DNA of 32,456 nucleotides from Oscillospiraceae bacterium (GCA_030527085.1 JAUNBN010000001.1:1-32456), one strand, 5' to 3'. Shown: positions 24,898-31,671, counted from the first letter of the stretch. Notes: generated from the sequence alone by a model not told the origin. Program-made: numbers and translations.

Positions 24898-25962
24898 ATG
24901 GCTTATCAATACTATCTCGGCGCTACATCTCCGGGCGGCTTCGCGGGCTTTTTCGATACGCTCGCTTCCGGCGAGAAGCTGAAGCTTTATATCATCAAGA
25001 GCGGGCCGGGCAGCGGAAAATCCTCCCTGATGAAAAGGCTGGCGGCGCGGCTTGAGAGCAGGGGGCTTTCGCGGGAGCTGATCCGCTGCTCGAGCGATCC
25101 GGACTCTCTGGACGGCCTCATCTGCCGCGAGCGGGGCTTTGCGATAATAGACGGAACAGCACCGCATGTGGTGGAGCCCTCTATTCCCGCCGCGCGCGAG
25201 CGCGTGCTTTCTCTTTACGACACGATAGACTCGGCCGCGCTCTCCCAGAAGCTGACGCGGCTCGAAAGCCTCTTCTCTCAAAACGCGGCGCTGCACGCGC
25301 GCGCAAAGAGCTTTATAGCGGCGGCGGGCTCTCTCGCCCGCGACCTTATGCGCGCCGCCACGGGCTGTTTTTATGAGGATAAGGCACGGCGCTACGCGCG
25401 CTCCCTCGCCGCAAAGCTCCTGCCGCCTCTGGGCGGCGAAGGGGGAGCGGAGAGACTTCGAGTCTTGAGCGCCGCTACTCCCAAGGGGCTTTACGGCTTT
25501 GCCGCGGAAAACGCCTCCCTCTGCGAGCGCGCCTACGTCTTTGACGACCGCTTCGGCGCTCTGGCCGCGCTGCTGCTGTCCGAAATCAGGGACGCGGCGC
25601 TCAGGGCGGGCTACGGGTTTACAGCCTGCCGCAGCTTCCTCAACCCCTACGAAAGCATCGACGCGCTCTTTTTTGAGGAGCAGTCCCTCTGCTTTATAAA
25701 CGGCGCGCTTCTGGACACAGAACTCCCTCATGCAAAAAGAATACGCGACGCGCGCTTTTACAGCGTCGAAAGCCTTGCGGGAAAGGCAAAGCGCTTAAGC
25801 TTTGAAAAAAAGGCGGCGCGCTCGCTTTTGGAAGAGGCGGCGCGGCTGCTGGCCGAGGCGAAGGCGGTACACGACGAGATAGAGAGCCACTACAGCGCCG
25901 CGGTAGATTTCGAACTGCTGCGCGAGCGCGAGGAAAAGCTGTATATAGAACTGGGGGTATAA
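24898..25962 (+). CDS. Uncharacterised P-loop NTPase
   Basis: 354 aa with Walker A SGPGSGKSSL near residue 35 and a probable Walker B region AIIDGTAPH. No further recognisable domain. Confidence 0.75.
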   Translation: MAYQYYLGATSPGGFAGFFDTLASGEKLKLYIIKSGPGSGKSSLMKRLAARLESRGLSRELIRCSSDPDSLDGLICRERGFAIIDGTAPHVVEPSIPAARERVLSLYDTIDSAALSQKLTRLESLFSQNAALHARAKSFIAAAGSLARDLMRAATGCFYEDKARRYARSLAAKLLPPLGGEGGAERLRVLSAATPKGLYGFAAENASLCERAYVFDDRFGALAALLLSEIRDAALRAGYGFTACRSFLNPYESIDALFFEEQSLCFINGALLDTELPHAKRIRDARFYSVESLAGKAKRLSFEKKAARSLLEEAARLLAEAKAVHDEIESHYSAAVDFELLREREEKLYIELGV

Positions 25963-25977
25963 CGGAAGGAAATAAAA

Positions 25978-25989
25978 TTCGGTACCGAA
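25978..25989. promoter_or_regulatory. MarR operator candidate 1 (perfect 12-bp palindrome)
   Basis: TTCGGTACCGAA lies immediately upstream of the -35. An identical copy is at 26026-26037. Confidence 0.6.
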
Positions 25990-25993
25990 ACTA

Positions 25994-26022
25994 TTTACAA
26001 ACACAGCGGGTTCTGATATAAT
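25994..26022 (+). promoter_or_regulatory. Sigma-70-type promoter of the MarR gene
   Basis: TTTACA (25994-25999), a 17-nt spacer, TATAAT (26017-26022). Confidence 0.65.
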
Positions 26023-26025
26023 AGC

Positions 26026-26037
26026 TTCGGTACCGAA
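26026..26037. promoter_or_regulatory. MarR operator candidate 2 (perfect 12-bp palindrome)
   Basis: TTCGGTACCGAA lies 4 nt after the -10, covering the expected transcription start. Confidence 0.6.
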
Positions 26038-26052
26038 ATAAATTATAAAGGA

Positions 26053-26691
26053 ATGATAGTTTTGACTCAGGATATCAAATTGATGCTTTTATTGAGGCGG
26101 CTGCAAATGCAGGGTCTGCGAGGTGGCTGCTGCGGCAAAGGCAGGAGAGGAGAGGGCTTTGACGGCCTCGCCCCGGACGAAAGAGACCGCGAGCGCGCAC
26201 TTGAGGAGCGCGAGGGTGAGGAATTCCGGCACTGCCGCCGCCGCGGCGGTCACGGCCCCGAGGGCGGCCCTCACGGAGAACACTGCCATCATCACGGCGA
26301 GCCCGGCCCCGGGGGCTGCAGGAAAGACAGCCGCGGCTTCGGGCCGCAGGGCCCGCACAAGCCCGGCCGCGACAGGCTGCTGGCCCTGCTGGCAGAGGAG
26401 GACGGCATAGCCCAGCGCGAGCTGCTCGAGAGGGCGGACATACGCCCCTCCTCGCTCTCCGAGGCGCTGGACAAGCTCCAAAAGGAGGGTCTAATCGAGC
26501 GCCGGGAAAACAGCGATGACCGCCGCGAAAGCCTCGTCTTTTTAACCGAGGACGGCCGCGCCCTCGCAGTTCGAATGCAGGAGAGGCTGGCCGCGCGCGC
26601 CGAAGCGCTTTTCGCACCCTTGAGCGAGCAGGAAAAAACTCAGCTCTTTGAGCTTTTGAACAAACTGCTCGAAACAGAGCGCGGGGTATAG
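26053..26691 (+). CDS. MarR-family regulator with His/Cys/Gly/Arg-rich N-terminal extension
   Basis: The C-terminal ~115 aa are a MarR wHTH (RLLALLAEEDGIAQRELLERADIRPSSLSEALDKLQKEGLIERRENSDDRRE..). The N-terminal part contains CCGKG..HCRRRGGHGPEGGPHGEHCHHHGEPGPGGC. The start is uncertain: the ATG at 26107 (GAGG Shine-Dalgarno, 9-nt spacing) or 26083 may be used instead of 26053. Confidence 0.8.
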   Translation: MIVLTQDIKLMLLLRRLQMQGLRGGCCGKGRRGEGFDGLAPDERDRERALEEREGEEFRHCRRRGGHGPEGGPHGEHCHHHGEPGPGGCRKDSRGFGPQGPHKPGRDRLLALLAEEDGIAQRELLERADIRPSSLSEALDKLQKEGLIERRENSDDRRESLVFLTEDGRALAVRMQERLAARAEALFAPLSEQEKTQLFELLNKLLETERGV

Positions 26692-26714
26692 CCGCTGCTC
26701 ACCATGAATAATAA

Positions 26715-26747
26715 ATACCCGCCGAAGGAAAGACTTTCGGAGGGTAT
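26715..26747 (+). repeat. Hairpin related to the repeat family, downstream of marR
   Basis: ATACCC-GCCGAAGGAAAGACTTTCGG-AGGGTAT contains the family motifs AAATACCCGCCGAAGG. No T-run follows. Confidence 0.35.
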
Positions 26748-26769
26748 CTTATAGGTAGTTAACTTTTTC

Positions 26770-26872
26770 GGGTGTGGTCTGTAAGCGTGTAGAATGCTGC
26801 ACTCCCCCCACCGAAGGCGGGGAGCAGCCTGAAAAATCCGCCTGGCATTAATGCCTGAGGCACTGGCGGGAC
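26770..26872 (+). repeat. MITE-like repeat copy
   Basis: GGGTGTGGTCTGTAAGCGTGTAGAATGCTG parallels GGGAGTGACCTGTAAGCGTGTAATGTGCTG of copy 5735. The hairpin is GCTGCACTCCCCCCACC-GAA-GGCGGGGAGCAGC (26796-26828). The tail is CTGAAAAATCC, palindrome GGCATTAATGCC, then ..GGCGGGAC. Confidence 0.45.
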
Positions 26873-26887
26873 GTGAAGCGGGTTTCC

Positions 26888-28048
26888 TCAGCGGTCGAGC
26901 AGCCAGCTTCCGCTGAAGGCTTCGCTCTGGCTCTCGTCCAGAAACTGACTCTCGACAATAGCGCGGCACTCCTCGAAGCCGAAGCCGCCCAGGGCGCGCT
27001 TGGCGTTCTTGTTGGTGGCCGTGCGCTCGATTATCGTTTCGCAGGCTTCGCGCGAGACGCTTACATTATTTATAGTGAGCTTGTCCAGCATGGCGTAAAG
27101 CGGCGCTTCGCCGCCCGTTATATCGAGCAGCTGCTTTTTCCAGAGCTCGGGCGCAGATTTGAGCGAGTGCTCGACAAAGGCCTTTTCAAAGACGGCGCAG
27201 GCAACGCCGTGCGGGAAGATGCCCGCCTCGGTGAACGGATAGCCCGCGGGGTGAGGGAAGCCCGCGCCCGCGCCGGCCAGAGCGAAGCCTCCCCAGAGCG
27301 AGCCGTGGTAGAGGTCCTCGCGCAAGGCTTCGTCCTGAAGGCTGTAATTGCCCGAGGCTATCTCGACGAGCCTGGGGTAGACCAGCTCCACGCCGCGCCG
27401 CGAAAAGAGCCGAGAGGTTTCCGAGGAGTTTTTGGAAAACCAGCTCTCGAGGCAGTGGCAGAGCGCGTCGAGGCCGGTAGAGACAGTCTGCCTCAGGCTC
27501 ATGCTCAGTGTGTAGCCATAGTCGCAGAAGGCGTAGCGCGCGAACATAAAGGGCTTGGAAACGCTCTTTTTAAGACCCGTCTCATCGTCGGTAAGCACCG
27601 AGACCGCGTCCACCTCGCTGCCCGTGCCCGCCGTCGTGCCTATGGTAACGAGGGGCAGGGCGCTTTCGAACTCGAGCTTGTAGATGTCGCGCGGATTCTC
27701 GAACTCATTCACCGCAAAGACGCACGAGGCGCGCGCGCCGTCCAGCGCCGAGCCGCCGCCTATGCCTATTATGAAATCCGCGCCGTTTTCCCTCGCCGCA
27801 GCTCCCGCCTTCGCGCAGACGGAGACGAGAGGGTTCTCGCCCATGCCGTCGAAAAGCTCGTAGGAAACGCCGGCCTCGCCGAGCGCTGCGGCGATATCGT
27901 CGAGAGCGCCGCTCTTTTTGGCCGAGCTCTTTCCGGTTATAATAAGCGCGCGGCTGCCCAGGTTCTTTAAAAGCTCCGGGGCCTTTTCGCGGACGGCTCC
28001 TCTGCCGCCTATTATCCGGGTGGGCAGGTAAAAATTGAATGCTTCCAT
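26888..28048 (-). CDS. Iron-containing alcohol dehydrogenase family protein
   Basis: MEAFNFYLPTRIIGGRGAV.. with GIGGGSALDGARA. The ATG at 28048 has an AAGGAGG Shine-Dalgarno. The track start at 28093 is a GTG without a Shine-Dalgarno. Confidence 0.88.
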   Translation of the reverse strand: MEAFNFYLPTRIIGGRGAVREKAPELLKNLGSRALIITGKSSAKKSGALDDIAAALGEAGVSYELFDGMGENPLVSVCAKAGAAARENGADFIIGIGGGSALDGARASCVFAVNEFENPRDIYKLEFESALPLVTIGTTAGTGSEVDAVSVLTDDETGLKKSVSKPFMFARYAFCDYGYTLSMSLRQTVSTGLDALCHCLESWFSKNSSETSRLFSRRGVELVYPRLVEIASGNYSLQDEALREDLYHGSLWGGFALAGAGAGFPHPAGYPFTEAGIFPHGVACAVFEKAFVEHSLKSAPELWKKQLLDITGGEAPLYAMLDKLTINNVSVSREACETIIERTATNKNAKRALGGFGFEECRAIVESQFLDESQSEAFSGSWLLDR

Positions 28049-28190
28049 AAGCGCCTCCTTAATTGTCAGCAATTTGATTTTTGAGAGCGTCACGATTTCG
28101 AGGACTTATCTATTATTTGTAATATATCACATTCCCCGGTTTTTGTATATTTAAAAAGACCCGGAAGCGCCCCTGTCGCGCTCATTTTGC

Positions 28191-28228
28191 ATTCCCCAAG
28201 CCCGGGGGATGCGGCCTCAAATACCCGC
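28191..28228 (+). repeat. Repeat-family hairpin plus tail
   Basis: ATTCCCC-AAGCCC-GGGGGAT is followed by GCGGCCTCAAATACCCGC. The same CCTCAAATACCCGC tail occurs at 21502-21515. Confidence 0.4.
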
Positions 28229-28262
28229 ATTCGGAACGCTTCGGGGGAAAGTGTTTGAACCC

Positions 28263-28340
28263 GCGCTTCCCCCCGCCGAACAAGTATCATAGAATAAGGG
28301 CGCTTCCACCGCCGAAGAAGGAGGAGCTGCCCTGAAAACA
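28263..28340 (+). repeat. Half copy plus degenerate full hairpin of the repeat family
   Basis: GCGCTTCCCCCCGCCGAA (28263-28280, left arm only). Then GGGCGCTTCCACCGCCGAAGAAGGAGGAGCTGCCC (28298-28332), followed by TGAAAACA. Confidence 0.4.
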
Positions 28341-28405
28341 GGGGAATGGCCGAATGAGTGTGATTTTGCTGTGTATCTCCGCCTTTGGACAGCCGGAAAG
28401 CTTCT

Positions 28406-28485
28406 AAGAGTGTGTTAAGCTCCGGTTCTCTCCGCCGAAGGCGGGGGGACCGGAGCGCAAATTCCACGCTGAACGGGACACTTCC
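28406..28485 (+). repeat. MITE-like repeat copy
   Basis: The left end is AAGAGTGTG. The hairpin CTCCGGTTCTCTCCGCC-GAA-GGCGGGGGGACCGGAG (28420-28455) is paired apart from two T:G pairs and one bulge. The tail is CGCAAATTCCACGCTGAACGGGACACTTCC. Confidence 0.55.
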
Positions 28486-28548
28486 GAAAATGCGTATGTT
28501 TGAACAGAAAACAGGGAGTAAAGGCGCGCGGCCCCTTCGATTCGCTTT

Positions 28549-29676
28549 TTAAGCCCTGTTATTTTTTACCCTGTATAAATCCCGGTCGGCTCTTCCGATT
28601 AAATCCTGCTGGTTTTTGACATCCGGCGTGTAGAGGGCATAGCCGATGCTGGCGCTTAAGGGATAGGGGAAGTCAGCGTCTTTAAACATTTCGCGGATTT
28701 CCTCGCAGACGCTTTCTATGGAAACGGGAGCCTCGAGCTCGCAGACGGCGACAAACTCGTCCCCGCCGTAGCGGCAGACGAAATAATTGCTGTTTTCGCA
28801 GACCTTTCTAAGACAGTTTGCGGCCGCAACTAAAGCGCGGTCGCCCTCGATATGCCCGTGGCGGTCGTTTATCTGCTTGAAGTAGTCCAAGTCAATTAAC
28901 AGGAGGTAGAGCGGCTTGTCCCCGCTCGGGTGCGCCAGCTTTGTAGAGAGGTATTGAAAGAGTTGGCTTCTGTTGTTGAGCCTCGTCAGGGGGTCGAGCG
29001 AAATCATCTGCTCCTGCATACTTAAATATACAAAGAGAATGCCAAAGGTGTTGCCGACGCAAAGGATAGGCAGCTGAGGGAAGGCCACCTGCAACACGCC
29101 CGCCAGCAGCGTTGGCAATACGAAGACGGCCAGCGCCCTGAGCTGAGTCTTTTTGCGGTAGTTCTCGGTGTGCAGGGAGGAGATAAAGGCCTTTGCGGCG
29201 GTAAAAACTACATATCCGTAGGATAAAAAGAGCTGCAGGGAATAGGCCGGGCCGCGGTGATACCTGTTGGCGGAGTCAATATAGAAAATCCAGCCGGTTT
29301 TGAAGGAAATGAGGATAAGCGCAGCGAGCGCGGCAAACGGGAGAAAGGAAAGAAGGTGTAGACGCTTATTGCGTATCAGGGAAGACTCCTGAAGCGTCTC
29401 CGAGTATTCAAACCAGGAAAAGGCCAGGTAACCGCAGAGGGTATAATAGCAGGCGTTAAGCCCCCAATTGGCGGCTATAGTTGCTTGTATAATGTCTCTG
29501 TCTACAAAGACCCAGGCCGTGTCGAGCAGGAGGAAGAGGATATTAAGGGCTATGAATCGGTGGAACAGGCGGCTGTGCGTTTCGTAGTGGGCGAATTTTT
29601 TGTGCTTGAGGCCCGGCAGCGAGAGAAAAAGACAGCAGACGAGATTGACCTCCGCGTAGAGATAAGCGCTGTTCAT
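28549..29676 (-). CDS. Membrane-bound diguanylate cyclase (GGDEF domain)
   Basis: 375 aa with about 6 N-terminal TM helices, then a GGDEF domain with RYGGDEF and DLDYFKQINDRHGH. AAGGAGG Shine-Dalgarno is present. Confidence 0.92.
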   Translation of the reverse strand: MNSAYLYAEVNLVCCLFLSLPGLKHKKFAHYETHSRLFHRFIALNILFLLLDTAWVFVDRDIIQATIAANWGLNACYYTLCGYLAFSWFEYSETLQESSLIRNKRLHLLSFLPFAALAALILISFKTGWIFYIDSANRYHRGPAYSLQLFLSYGYVVFTAAKAFISSLHTENYRKKTQLRALAVFVLPTLLAGVLQVAFPQLPILCVGNTFGILFVYLSMQEQMISLDPLTRLNNRSQLFQYLSTKLAHPSGDKPLYLLLIDLDYFKQINDRHGHIEGDRALVAAANCLRKVCENSNYFVCRYGGDEFVAVCELEAPVSIESVCEEIREMFKDADFPYPLSASIGYALYTPDVKNQQDLIGRADRDLYRVKNNRA

Positions 29677-29822
29677 CTGCGGCCTCCTTTACAGAATTAC
29701 CCGCGGCTTGCTTTAAAGCCCGCGGCAACAAAAACCCAACCTGCATATTTTGCCCAAATTATACCATGCGCTGTGCCGGATTACAACTTGTTTCGGGGAA
29801 AATCAATATGAGAGCAGAGCTT

Positions 29823-29880
29823 CGCTTCGCGCATTCAGCGCGGCTTGGGACGGGGGCGGCGCCGAAAGACAGCAAAATAA
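29823..29880 (+). repeat. Degenerate repeat-family fragments
   Basis: GCTTCGCGCATTCAGCGCGGCTTGGGAC (reverse complement resembles GTCCCAGCTCGAATGCGCG). It is followed by GGGGGCGGCGCCGAAAGACAGCAAAATAA, which resembles the right arm plus tail GGCGGGGAAAAGACAGCGAAAAAA. Confidence 0.3.
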
Positions 29881-29966
29881 TCCCCGCGATTCGACACACG
29901 CCTTTTCGCGTCGGGCGTTTACTTTTTTTTGATTCTATTATATTATAGTAAAGCTGCAGCCTCCTG

Positions 29967-29982
29967 TGTTCCACGTGGAACA
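29967..29982. promoter_or_regulatory. parS: parS centromere-like site 1
   Basis: TGTTCCACGTGGAACA is a perfect 16-bp palindrome. It matches the Bacillus parS TGTTCCACGTGAAACA at 15/16. Confidence 0.85.
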
Positions 29983-30003
29983 TTCGGGGCCGCTCGCAAG
30001 CGA

Positions 30004-30019
30004 TGTTCCACGTGGAACA
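30004..30019. promoter_or_regulatory. parS: parS centromere-like site 2
   Basis: An identical TGTTCCACGTGGAACA ends 11 nt before the soj ATG. The adjacent CAGGAG doubles as the soj Shine-Dalgarno. Confidence 0.85.
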
Positions 30020-30030
30020 CAGGAGATAAA

Positions 30031-30807
30031 ATGGGTAAAATTATAGCTATCGCAAATCAGAAGGGCGGCGTGGGCAAGACCACAACCGCCGTTAACCTGG
30101 CCGCGGCGCTGGGTGCGCTGGGCAAGAAGGTGCTGCTACTGGACGCGGACCCGCAGGGCAACGCGACCAGCGGCTACGGCGTGAACCGCCGCACGGCCGC
30201 GGGCTCCTCCTACGATCTCATAGTGGGGCGCAAGGAATTCGAGGGCGTGGTTCAAAAAACAAAATATACCAATGTCTGGCTCATACCCTCGCATATAGAC
30301 CTTGCGGGCGCTGAGCTTGAGCTGGTGAATATGAACCGTCGCGAGTACCGCCTGCGCGACGCCGTCGCGCCGAAGAAGCAGGACTACGACTTCATACTTA
30401 TAGACTGCCCGCCCTCGCTGGGCCTGCTCACTCTCAACGGCCTCGCCGCCTGCGATTCGGTGCTCATACCCGTGCAGTGCGAGTACTACGCGCTCGAGGG
30501 CCTCTCGCAGCTCATGTCCACGATAAGGCAGGTGAAAAAGCTCTACAACAGCGCCATAGAGCTTGAGGGCGTTCTCATAACGATGTACGACTCGCGCATA
30601 AACATAACGATGCAGGTGGTGGAGGAGGTCAAAAAATTCTTTCCCCACAAGGTCTACTCGACCGCCATACCGCGCAATGTCCGCGTTTCCGAGGCTCCCA
30701 GCTTCGGCAAGCCCATCAAATACTACGATTCCAGCTCGCGCGGCTCCGAGGCCTACGACGCGCTGGCGCTCGAGGTGGTGGCGCAAAACCGCCGTCCGGA
30801 GGTATAA
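30031..30807 (+). CDS. soj: Chromosome partitioning ATPase ParA/Soj
   Basis: MGKIIAIANQKGGVGKTTTAVNLAAAL deviant Walker A. The ATG at 30031 has an AGGAG Shine-Dalgarno. The upstream part of the track ORF is read-through. Confidence 0.95.
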   Translation: MGKIIAIANQKGGVGKTTTAVNLAAALGALGKKVLLLDADPQGNATSGYGVNRRTAAGSSYDLIVGRKEFEGVVQKTKYTNVWLIPSHIDLAGAELELVNMNRREYRLRDAVAPKKQDYDFILIDCPPSLGLLTLNGLAACDSVLIPVQCEYYALEGLSQLMSTIRQVKKLYNSAIELEGVLITMYDSRINITMQVVEEVKKFFPHKVYSTAIPRNVRVSEAPSFGKPIKYYDSSSRGSEAYDALALEVVAQNRRPEV

Positions 30808-30810
30808 ACA

Positions 30811-31671
30811 ATGGCCGCTGAAAAGAAAAACCGCCTCGGCAAGGGGCTGGACGCGCTCTTTCAGGACAACTCGCTGGATTCAAGCGAGGTCGAAAACGAG
30901 CTGCCCCTGGCCGACATAGAGCCCGACCGCGAGCAGCCGCGCAGCTATTTTGATGACGAGAGCCTGGCGGAGCTTGCGGACTCCATAGCCCAGCACGGCG
31001 TTTTGCAGCCCATACTCGTCCGCCCCAAGCCGGACGGAGGCTATAAAATAGTGGCGGGAGAGCGCCGCTGGCGGGCGAGCCGTCTGGCTGGGAGGACCAC
31101 GATACCCGCAATAGTGCGAAACCTCTCCCAGCTGGAGGCCATGACCTTCGCGCTTATTGAAAATCTTCAGCGCGAGGACTTGAACCCCGTGGACGAGGCG
31201 CTGGGCTTAAAGCAGCTGATGGATTTAAACTCCATGACGCAGGAGCAGGCCGCGCGGCAGGTGGGGCGCTCGCGCTCCTCGGTAGCCAACGCCCTGAGGC
31301 TGCTCTCCCTGCCCGAGGAGGCGCTCGGGATGCTGCGCGAGGGCCGTCTCACCGTCGGCCACGCCAAGGCCATTCTCTCCCTGCCCGACCCCGCGCAGCG
31401 CGCGAGCGTGGCGCGGCAGGTGGCCGAGGAGGGCATAACGGTGCGCGAGGCCGAAAAGCGCTGGCAGAACTCCCACCGCCAGGAGAGGATAAAGCTGCCC
31501 TTGAGCCTCAACCCCGAGGCAGTGGAGGTCGAAAAATCCTTAAGTGAGGCGCTGGGAGTTGAGGTTCGCGTGAAGTATAAGGACGGCAGCGGCACGCTCT
31601 CGGTGGACTTCTATTCGCGCGAGCAGCTCTACGATTTCGCCAACCGTCTGGGCTCCTCGGACGACGGCTGA
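30811..31671 (+). CDS. spo0J: Chromosome partitioning protein ParB/Spo0J
   Basis: 286 aa with ParB box [12 protein letters not shown] and an HTH region. The start is 3 nt after the soj stop. Confidence 0.95.
   Translation: MAAEKKNRLGKGLDALFQDNSLDSSEVENELPLADIEPDREQPRSYFDDESLAELADSIAQHGVLQPILVRPKPDGGYKIVAGERRWRASRLAGRTTIPAIVRNLSQLEAMTFALIENLQREDLNPVDEALGLKQLMDLNSMTQEQAARQVGRSRSSVANALRLLSLPEEALGMLREGRLTVGHAKAILSLPDPAQRASVARQVAEEGITVREAEKRWQNSHRQERIKLPLSLNPEAVEVEKSLSEALGVEVRVKYKDGSGTLSVDFYSREQLYDFANRLGSSDDG

Noticed and set aside
24820-25731. 303-aa minus-strand ORF antisense to the P-loop ATPase gene
   Set aside because: It has no recognisable motifs and is Arg/Ala-rich. The plus-strand frame has a Walker A and a Shine-Dalgarno. 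The same holds for 26873-27970 (+) antisense to the Fe-ADH, 31686-32417 (-) antisense to serS, and 501-1199 (+) antisense to gyrB.
28090-28467. 125-aa ORF covering the 28.1-28.5 kb spacer (and ORFs 5512-5820 / 5571-6050 in the dnaA-rpmH spacer)
   Set aside because: These frames run through stacked palindromic repeat copies. Their peptides (e.g. RRREPE.., PPAEGGG-like) are by-products of the CCCCGCCGAAGGCGGGG core. No Shine-Dalgarno is present.
5548-29880. The repeated hairpins as a CRISPR array
   Set aside because: Copies are scattered in separate intergenic regions with irregular spacing. They are long imperfect palindromes with diverged sequence. No cas genes or leader were seen.
29885-29930. 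Short stem followed by T8 (29921-29929) as a plus-strand terminator upstream of parS
   Set aside because: The stem is only about 5 bp (ACGCC/GGCGT), and no plus-strand gene precedes it. It is more likely part of the AT-rich soj promoter region.
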